Source: Candidatus Poribacteria bacterium (GTDB taxonomy: Bacteria; Poribacteria; WGA-4E; WGA-3G). Taken from it: a stretch of 64,000 nt of DNA. The translations under genes were made by a program, and so were the position numbers. The notes beneath the pieces were generated by a model that ran no database searches, had not been told where the DNA came from, and saw only the letters and a program-made list of their open reading frames with translations. This document shows, one piece after another, positions 9,301 through 15,167 of the stretch (the first letter of the stretch is position 1; every line of letters begins with the position of its first letter). The DNA is taken from positions 24,293 to 88,292 of the forward strand of contig JAJEIE010000022.1 of the NCBI GenBank assembly GCA_022827625.1, given 5' to 3'.

Positions 9301-9909
9301 GTTTCCAATTATTTCAGATGCGTTTCGATCGTCATAAATTTCCTGCCTTAGGTGTTCAATTACATCGCGTTGATTGACCATATCGGAGAAGAAATCGACC
9401 AACTTCTGCTGTCCGCCGTAGCGTTGCAGCAAGCATGTAAGTTCGGTACGGTGCCTATCCGAAGTGTTTGTCGCAATTTCTTTGAGGGTGTCCTTAATAG
9501 TTTGTTGTAGGAGCAGCTTCTGATCAATACCTTGTATGATGCTGAAGTTCGCAGGGACACCGGCTTGGAAGGGGAACTCTCTCAGGATACGTGAGCAAAA
9601 AGCGTGAATTGTTGAAATGTGCGCTGAACCCATCTCTTCACGAAAATGTCGAAGTGAATGGCTGTGTTCTATATCCTCACGCGTTTCTTGGGCAGCCAGT
9701 TCTCTGATAATCCGCTCTTTCATTTCAGCGGCGGCTTTCTCTGTGAAAGTGATAGCCACGATTTCTTGCGGTGCCTTCACCTTACCTTCACGCAGAATCT
9801 TGAGGTAACGTTCAACCAACACGGTGGTTTTTCCGGATCCGGCACCGGCGGTTACGCAGACGTGTCTTTCTATGTTAAGGGCTTCTTCTTGACTGGGTGT
9901 TAATCGCAT
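6358..9909 (-). CDS. UvrD/Rep-family helicase fused to a C-terminal Cas4/AddB-like PD-(D/E)XK domain with an Fe-S cysteine set (AddA-like helicase-nuclease)
   Basis: Walker A TAGAGSGKTTVLVERY, DEYQDT, later helicase motifs; C-terminus YARCPLRY ... HCCSCPYADSDGQC. Confidence 0.8.
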   Translation of the reverse strand: MRLTPSQEEALNIERHVCVTAGAGSGKTTVLVERYLKILREGKVKAPQEIVAITFTEKAAAEMKERIIRELAAQETREDIEHSHSLRHFREEMGSAHISTIHAFCSRILREFPFQAGVPANFSIIQGIDQKLLLQQTIKDTLKEIATNTSDRHRTELTCLLQRYGGQQKLVDFFSDMVNQRDVIEHLRQEIYDDRNASEIIGNWEQSTRVETMATINRLMSKINVAEFIRCLNPVLKIAKGKKAEEAKQLTAQLEPLYKQNPDSLEVQNLLKEIAKIVTTTKDEIRTPSFLPKSIDRTEIVDEIELLESTAKKIKDVPTLEKDDDKRSDVRTDSENITDDDFLISTTHDLFTLYKRILREYQNTKLSQAKLDFSDLQIKTRDLLKNDEGIRQELVSRYKYYMIDEYQDTNELQYNLVMYLTNELKSANLFIVGDPKQSIYAFRGADVSIFEKTRNKIVENAGLAISLRENFRSLSTVIAFVNYFFHSLMGTGDTNRFEVPYEPLKKARPMQPNGSIECLFGTKEEGTADESALIARHIKNMRLKKEKVWAPKNGEEGERPIAYGDIAILIRYRSHLPNIEHALLEAGIPYLTTGGIGFYQRQEIYDIWNYLNFLNKPTENHASLVGVLRSPAFGISDTELYEISLQEGTDFWEKAQKYPAPTEHLRNAIDTLNRHIRIAHRMSVNQLILTLVNETGMIGTLKTGKQGPQRWANYQKLLEFARNFDADEDKQTLTDFIEFLNILIDEEPREGQAPMESSTDAVEIMTIHAAKGKQFPVVILPCLERKGRTDTEPFIDDTLGIGFSPLNPKKGYEKTAPTIVERMKDRADAKGVAEKKRVLYVGTTRAEDRLILSGTLPVNGNPQQALGWLHKHLHIDNEADHLSLSVALEMFANNHTTRQNCELQIPISRTLADLVPGDETSNDTSLVEFPDPLPSALQPTTINAAFSVTELANYARCPLRYKLQNLLQIPPINDNTDSDEKTDSPIHRVLAQIRRHSDAENLDTFVAQVSEDDPEMTSESKRALRVHANNFLNSEITETLFNASRTYVNQQIHANLNGHIIEGRLDRLFTDETGQYQLVIYNTSEICDLDTHRPEIELYALLGHRRYPEQLTVTVNLFLTKHGQDKQIHFNAAQLQEAQERWAEKISALQREDYQKNLEHCCSCPYADSDGQCIITEAQGEEK

Positions 9910-9943
9910 ATTTTTATTTTTTTAACTATTAAATCTGGTCATC

Positions 9944-10004
9944 GTTCCACTACGTTTCACGATGGTTTTTGGTAAAGTTGAGCACCTACTTTAGGTTTTA
10001 TAGT
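9944..10004 (+). repeat. Repeat family E copy 1 (~60 bp)
   Basis: gttccactacgtttcacgatggtttttggtaaagttgagcacctactttaggtttta. Direct copy at 10148-10205, inverted copy at 38206-38266. Confidence 0.7.
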
Positions 10005-10032
10005 GGATTCTGCAATTAACTTTACATCTGAA

Positions 10033-10099
10033 CTGTAGGAGGGAACTCCGATTCCCGACTCACAGCGGTTGGGTCGCGATTCGGAGAGTGCTTCTACAG
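10033..10099. repeat. 67-bp imperfect palindrome between the two family-E copies
   Basis: Outer arms CTGTAG (10033-10038) and CTACAG (10094-10099). Inner arms aactccgattcccgac and gtcgcgattcggagag match at 12 of 16 positions. Confidence 0.55.
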
Positions 10100-10147
10100 A
10101 ATATATGTAAACTTATTTACATAATTTACTATAATTTGTCTTTGCTT

Positions 10148-10205
10148 TACACTACGTTCCATGATGGTTTTTGGTAAAGTTGAACATCTGCTTTAAGTTT
10201 TAAAA
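10148..10205 (+). repeat. Repeat family E copy 2
   Basis: tacactacgttccatgatggtttttggtaaagttgaacatctgctttaagtttta, about 85% identical to copy 1 by eye. Confidence 0.7.
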
Positions 10206-10252
10206 GGATTTAGATTTAGCAGTGCTCAGAAACTTATGGTTAGGAAATTTTC

Positions 10253-11332
10253 CTAATCTGGCAGTGGGATAACCGCCTCTGCTGATATTGTGAGTTGGAT
10301 CGTGTCTCCCGGTCGCTTCGCTTCGGTGCCGGGGTTGTAGTGGACTGCTTTAAGAGGGATATCTGCAGCCATCAGTTGGTATTCTTCTACTCTTCCCAAA
10401 TAATTGACGGCTGTAACCTTTGCGTCTATCCTGTTCTCAGCCCGGTTATTGCTGTTCTGAACACCATCAATGACCAATGCCTCTGGGCGGATTGAACACT
10501 GCACAGTTGCTCCGTGCGTTAGTTCGTGATACGCGGCTTCAGAACGGAGGGTTCCGACGGGTGTTTCGATTATAGTAGTGCCGTTTGACGTTTGCGCGAC
10601 CTTCCCGGAAATAAAATTGGTTTCGCCAATAAAACTCGCTACAAAAGCGTTTTTCGGGAACTGATAGACCTCGCGCGGCGTGCCGACCTGAACGATAACA
10701 CCATCCTGCATAATCGCCATCCGATGCGCCATTGAGAGGGCATCCACTTGGTCATGCGTGACGTAGAAGGTTGTGATATTCGTGCGGTCATGAATTTGTT
10801 TTATCTCGTCGCGCATCTGTTGTCGGAGGGCAGCGTCAAGATTGCTAATCGGTTCGTCGAGGAGCAGGACGCTCGGCTCAATGACGAGGGCACGGGCAAG
10901 TGCGATGCGCTGTTGTTGACCGCCGGAAAGTGTGTTGACGGCGCGATCGTGGTAGCTCTCCATTTGCACCATCTCCAGTGCGCGCCTGATTTTTTCTTCT
11001 CGTTCTGATTTTTCGAGTTTGCGAAGTGTTAGTCCGTATTCAATGTTTTCAGCGACAGACATGTGGGGCCACAAGGCATAGTTCTGGAACACCATGCCTG
11101 TGTTGCGCTGATGTGGTGGGATGTTATTCATAACGGTGTCATCAAACCGCAATTCGCCGGTATCGGGTTTATAGAAACCGGCAAGGATACGGAGAAACGT
11201 CGATTTACCGCAACCTGATGGCCCGAGGAGAAAGAAAAATTCGCCCTTTTCGACTGTCAGGCTTACGTCGTTGACAGCGAGCGTTGTATCGAACGCTTTT
11301 GTGACATGAATTAATTCAACTGAAACTGCCAT
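10253..11332 (-). CDS. ABC transporter ATP-binding protein (PotA/FbpC/MalK-like importer ATPase with TOBE-like C-terminus)
   Basis: Walker A GPSGCGKST, signature LSGGQQQRIALARAL, Walker B LLLDEP. No permease or binding protein adjacent. Confidence 0.85.
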   Translation of the reverse strand: MAVSVELIHVTKAFDTTLAVNDVSLTVEKGEFFFLLGPSGCGKSTFLRILAGFYKPDTGELRFDDTVMNNIPPHQRNTGMVFQNYALWPHMSVAENIEYGLTLRKLEKSEREEKIRRALEMVQMESYHDRAVNTLSGGQQQRIALARALVIEPSVLLLDEPISNLDAALRQQMRDEIKQIHDRTNITTFYVTHDQVDALSMAHRMAIMQDGVIVQVGTPREVYQFPKNAFVASFIGETNFISGKVAQTSNGTTIIETPVGTLRSEAAYHELTHGATVQCSIRPEALVIDGVQNSNNRAENRIDAKVTAVNYLGRVEEYQLMAADIPLKAVHYNPGTEAKRPGDTIQLTISAEAVIPLPD

Positions 11333-11335
11333 AAT

Positions 11336-11363
11336 GGTTATTGGTTGATGGTTGTTGGTTAAA
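11336..11363. repeat. Tandem heptanucleotide tract (4 units) 3 nt upstream of the ABC ATPase start
   Basis: ggttatt ggttgat ggttgtt ggttaaa; mRNA sense reads AACAACC-type. A complementary-flavour short tract (tgataac tgacaat) lies at 11393-11406. Confidence 0.7.
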
Positions 11364-11405
11364 AGAGGTTTCTGATATACATCACGAATCTCTGATAACT
11401 GACAA

Positions 11406-12242
11406 TTATTTTTCCAAATCTCTTACGCATCGAAATCCAATAGTACTGCCAGATGAGAGGTGATACCACCGATCTGCGACTCGGAGATCCTCGGGTGCTC
11501 CGCCCCATCCGCCGCCTCGTAGGATACGGAAATTTTCGTTATCGGGTGCGTGTTCTCTGCCGAAACGTGGATTATTTTCTGGACTTACACTATAGAATTC
11601 GCTGTTGTATTCGTCAAAACACCACTCCCAGACATTCCCTGCTATATCGTGTAGATTATAGCCGTTAGGTGGGAAGCTGCCGACGGGTGCTGTCCATTTC
11701 CATTTGTCTGTGCCACCTATCCCAGCCAAATTCGCATCTACATAAGTTATTATATCACTATTTGGGTATCGTTTGCCAACCAGACCGCCACGTGCGGCGT
11801 ACTCCCATTCTGCTTCGGTAGGCAACCGCTTATTTGCCCACGCTGCATACGCGGCAGCATCGCGCCACTTCACATGGACAACAGGGAAATCAGGGGCATT
11901 GAACCGCGGATTATGCGACAACGGCGGTTGCGGATAACCTGTGCTCTCAACGAATTTTTGATAGCGGGCATTGGTTACCTCATACACATCCATGTAAAAG
12001 GCATTGAGGGTAACGGTATGCACGGGTTGCTCGTCATTATCACCGATAGTAGAACCCATCTGAAAGGTCCCGGCAGGAATCAACACCATTGTGGCACCAT
12101 CGACTTCAGAGATGATTTTTGTAGATGGTTCAGTGGTAGACTGAGAATCCTGCCTGCACGCAAAGATACAGACGCTGCAGCAGCAAATCAGAAGTAGATT
12201 TGCTGCTGCACGCAAGTTGTGGGTTCTCGATACGACCCTCAT
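11406..12242 (-). CDS. Formylglycine-generating enzyme family (SUMF1/FGE-sulfatase domain) lipoprotein
   Basis: HTVTLNAFYMDVYEVTNARYQKF, WEYAARGG, NVWEWC, RILRGGGW. ATG overlaps the selA stop (ATGA at 12239-12242). Confidence 0.85.
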   Translation of the reverse strand: MRVVSRTHNLRAAANLLLICCCSVCIFACRQDSQSTTEPSTKIISEVDGATMVLIPAGTFQMGSTIGDNDEQPVHTVTLNAFYMDVYEVTNARYQKFVESTGYPQPPLSHNPRFNAPDFPVVHVKWRDAAAYAAWANKRLPTEAEWEYAARGGLVGKRYPNSDIITYVDANLAGIGGTDKWKWTAPVGSFPPNGYNLHDIAGNVWEWCFDEYNSEFYSVSPENNPRFGREHAPDNENFRILRGGGWGGAPEDLRVADRWYHLSSGSTIGFRCVRDLEK

Positions 12243-13678
12243 AGCATTTTTGCGACCTCTGTAGCGGTTTCAACGATCCAAGCCTGTTCTCTCTCATAGA
12301 TGGTGCGTAAATCCAGCCAAAAGAGATCGTTTTTGATTCTGCCGACCACAGGCACTGCGGCATCTCGGAAATGTGAGGCGAGCAGTTCAGCAGAAATATT
12401 CAGCGGTTCAAGAACAAGCGCGACACTCGGTAAGGTCTCAACAGGGAGCGCGCCACTCCCAATCTGCCCAAAGGTCTCTGCAACCTGAACCTCAACCTTT
12501 TCCCCCAAGAGGTCTTGGAGTTGCGCTTTAAGTTCTACTGCAAGGGTATGGAGCGTCTCCGTCGTGCGCGTGTAGCGATTCAGCATCGGGAACTGCTCTG
12601 TTATGGTTGCACTGTCGATAAGATAGCGTTGCAGTGTAGCCGACAAACCAGCGATAATAAGTTTATCTACCCGGAGTGCACGCATCATCGGGTTTTTACG
12701 CATCTTTTCAATCCATTCTGACTTACCAACAATGAGTCCCGCCTGCGGACCACCGAGTAGTTTATCACCACTAAAGGTGACGACATCAACACCACTGGCA
12801 ATGCGTTCTCCGACAAGCGGTTCATGCGGAAGCCCATAAACTGTCATATCAATGAGTGCGCCGCTTCCAAGGTCTTCCATTGTCGGGATGCCGTGCTGTG
12901 CGCCGAGTGCTGTCAATTCTTCCATCTCAGGCGTTGAAGTGAAACCGAGGATTTTATAGTTGCTCGGATGTACCTTGAGCAACAGCCCTGTGTTTTCATT
13001 GATAGCCTCGGCGTAATCTCGGAGATGTGTGCGGTTGGTGGTGCCGACTTCGCGAAGTATTGCACCGCTCGCTGCCATTACATCAGGGACACGGAATGCG
13101 CCCCCGATTTCGATTAACTCTCCGCGTGAAACAATGACCTCCTTGCCACGTGCCATCGTTTGGAGCGCGAGCAGTACTGCGGCGGCGTTGTTATTCACAA
13201 CAGTAGATGCTTCACAACCCGTTAACTGCTGTAGGAGTGGTTCGGTGATCCGATCCCGATGTCCCCTTTTACCGGTTGCGAGGTCGTATTCGAGGTTGAC
13301 ATAGTTTTCTGCTGCTTGCTGAATCGCTTCACAGGCAGCCGCGCTTAGCAACGATCTGCCTAAGTTGGTGTGTGTGACTGTGCCGGTTGCATTAACGACA
13401 AGACGCATGCGGGCGCCTATTTTTTCTATGATTTTCTGGCGTGTCTGTTCGGCGTATTCGGTGTGCTCTGGGAGTTGTGTGAGGTCTCCGCTTAGAATAT
13501 CGCTACGGAGGTCGGCGACGACGGTGCGGAGTGCTTCTGTCACGAGTGGGCGCGCATAGGTGTCTTGTAGGTCGAGCATCTCCTGGGTGTTCAGGAGGTT
13601 TTCTATGGCGGGTAATTGTCGGAGGAGGTTTTTATGTGCGTTTTGTGTCAACCGATTTCTCCATAAAGATGCATTCAA
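12239..13678 (-). CDS. selA: L-seryl-tRNA(Sec) selenium transferase
   Basis: LRQLPAIENLLN N-terminus and PLP-lysine motif FSGDKLLGGPQAG. Apparent TTG start overlaps the upstream stop (TTGA). Confidence 0.85.
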   Translation of the reverse strand: MNASLWRNRLTQNAHKNLLRQLPAIENLLNTQEMLDLQDTYARPLVTEALRTVVADLRSDILSGDLTQLPEHTEYAEQTRQKIIEKIGARMRLVVNATGTVTHTNLGRSLLSAAACEAIQQAAENYVNLEYDLATGKRGHRDRITEPLLQQLTGCEASTVVNNNAAAVLLALQTMARGKEVIVSRGELIEIGGAFRVPDVMAASGAILREVGTTNRTHLRDYAEAINENTGLLLKVHPSNYKILGFTSTPEMEELTALGAQHGIPTMEDLGSGALIDMTVYGLPHEPLVGERIASGVDVVTFSGDKLLGGPQAGLIVGKSEWIEKMRKNPMMRALRVDKLIIAGLSATLQRYLIDSATITEQFPMLNRYTRTTETLHTLAVELKAQLQDLLGEKVEVQVAETFGQIGSGALPVETLPSVALVLEPLNISAELLASHFRDAAVPVVGRIKNDLFWLDLRTIYEREQAWIVETATEVAKML

Positions 13679-13881
13679 AGTTTTCTTTCTTTTTTCAACT
13701 CGGCTTGAATCTCACGGTAGTCCCGAAAGTGGGTTTCACTCTTCGCTGCGGCATCCATGTCTAAAATGTCCTCTAAGTCTTCAAAGTGCTGCATGAGAAG
13801 ACGATACTCCTGCATTGATAGAACAGCAGCGGTTTTTTCACCTTTATGGTTAACAAGATATTGGGGATTGATATTCAGCAT
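13675..13881 (-). CDS. Small Phd/YefM-like antitoxin-fold protein (orphan, no toxin partner seen)
   Basis: MLNINPQYLVNHKGEKTAAVLSMQEYRLLMQHFEDLEDILD...; strong RBS TAGGAGGA upstream of the ATG at 13881. Track ORF extended to 13971. Confidence 0.5.
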   Translation of the reverse strand: MLNINPQYLVNHKGEKTAAVLSMQEYRLLMQHFEDLEDILDMDAAAKSETHFRDYREIQAELKKERKL

Positions 13882-13926
13882 GAACGTCCTCCTATCCAAT
13901 TTTTTAGGTTCTGGATTTTGGAGATT

Positions 13927-13955
13927 AGTATAGTATATTGTAGGAGCGTTGTCAA
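13927..13955 (-). promoter_or_regulatory. sigma70-type promoter TTGACA-17-TATACT
   Basis: Minus strand TTGACA (13955-13950), 17 nt, TATACT (13932-13927); about 40 nt upstream of the small gene/selA/FGE string. Confidence 0.55.
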
Positions 13956-14036
13956 ATGTATTTTGGAGCATCTTTTTTCTTGTGTAGATCTGAGATTTCT
14001 GCTAACATTTTAGCATGTCAGGAGACTTTATGAAAA

Positions 14037-14924
14037 ATGATTGCCAAACACTTTGCTCGCTCTAATCTATTCATCAAATCTATATGTTCTTCAACAGTGC
14101 AAAAATGCGCGCTCACAGTAGGGGTATCCGTCATCTTAAGCCTTTGCATAGGATGTGTTAGTCTTAACACCCTTGAGAATGCAGGCAATTCATTCATTAA
14201 GGAAGTCGGGGATATCAACATCTTCACGGATGCAGAGGAGTTACAGTTCGGGAGAGAATATGTTGTCCAACACGAAAAACAGGTGAGGCTTTATAGGGAT
14301 CCTGTTGTGACGGGTTACATCAACGACCTTGGGCAGTTACTTGCGCGGCATAGTAAGCGGAAGGATATCCCTTATATCTTTAAAGTTGTTGAAACGAAGG
14401 GCATAAACGCTTACGCCATCCCCGGCGGATTTATTTATATCCACCTGGATCTCATCCGTGCAGCGAAAAATGAATCGGAACTCGCTGCTGTGATTGGGCA
14501 CGAGATTGGACATATTGTCGGGCAGCACTCCATGAAGCGGCTTACCCAGATCTACAGTGTTGAGATTCTCAAACAATTGATTTTAGATGAAGACTCTGGT
14601 AAATTCAAGAAGTTGGTCGCTGATATACTCGCGGCGGGTTTACTTTTCCGATATAGCAGGGATCATGAACGAGAATCAGACGTTTATGGGGTGCGGAATG
14701 TTTACGATGCGGGCATCTCACCTGAAGGCGCTGTCACATTCTTTGAAACTCTACGTACGGTACAAAAGCGAGAACCATCTGCTTTGGAAAAGTTTCTATC
14801 CACGCATCCAGTCCCGAGCGAACGCGTGTTGAATGTTCGCACTCAGATTGCTGGATTGCCACTGAAGGCTGGGCTTCGGACAAATTCAGCAAGGTTCCAG
14901 CAAATTAAGCGGCGAATTCGCTGA
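14037..14924 (+). CDS. M48-family zinc metallopeptidase (BepA/YfgC-like), lipoprotein
   Basis: HEIGHIVGQH zinc motif, downstream RDHERESD, lipobox LSLCIGC, RBS AGGAGA. Confidence 0.85.
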   Translation: MIAKHFARSNLFIKSICSSTVQKCALTVGVSVILSLCIGCVSLNTLENAGNSFIKEVGDINIFTDAEELQFGREYVVQHEKQVRLYRDPVVTGYINDLGQLLARHSKRKDIPYIFKVVETKGINAYAIPGGFIYIHLDLIRAAKNESELAAVIGHEIGHIVGQHSMKRLTQIYSVEILKQLILDEDSGKFKKLVADILAAGLLFRYSRDHERESDVYGVRNVYDAGISPEGAVTFFETLRTVQKREPSALEKFLSTHPVPSERVLNVRTQIAGLPLKAGLRTNSARFQQIKRRIR

Positions 14925-15167
14925 ACGGTAACAAGTTATTGGATCATCTGTGTAAAATTCGTCCCACGCCTTTTCAATATCTGTTTGTGCCCCGGACATG
15001 ATTTCGGGTCTGCTGAGGACAAGCATATCCAGACAATTGTCTCGGCTCGCCTTGCCACGAGCGCATGAACAGGTTAGACAGACGGTTTCGATTTCTGGGA
15101 TTTCGGAGAAGAACTCGACAATCGTTTCAGCTGCGTGCTGATGTTCAGGGGTTGGGTAGTGGTTCAT
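14886..15167 (-). CDS. Small nucleotidyltransferase-fold (MNT-like) protein, possibly degenerate
   Basis: LTCSCARGKASRDNCLDMLVL resembles GSxARGx5SDxDLxV but the acidic residues are partly replaced. Overlaps both neighbours (23 nt and 39 nt). Confidence 0.3.
   Translation of the reverse strand: MNHYPTPEHQHAAETIVEFFSEIPEIETVCLTCSCARGKASRDNCLDMLVLSRPEIMSGAQTDIEKAWDEFYTDDPITCYRSANSPLNLLEPC

Noticed and set aside
9944-10205. Autonomous mobile element (IS or transposon), prophage or integron
   Set aside because: No transposase, integrase or recombinase ORF anywhere in the window. The repeats are short and non-coding, so at most MITE- or REP-like. I could not identify target-site duplications.
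11406-12242. Diversity-generating retroelement (FGE/C-type-lectin fold proteins are classic DGR targets); also considered for 36042-38090
   Set aside because: There is no reverse transcriptase gene in the window, and I found no template-repeat copy of either FGE-domain 3' region with adenine-specific mismatches.
13679-14036. tRNA-Sec (selC) or another tRNA near selA; also checked other intergenic gaps
   Set aside because: No acceptor/T-arm-like sequence (for example a GGTTCGA(A/T)TCC-type T-loop) seen by eye. A tRNAscan-SE/ARAGORN/Infernal run is needed for certainty.
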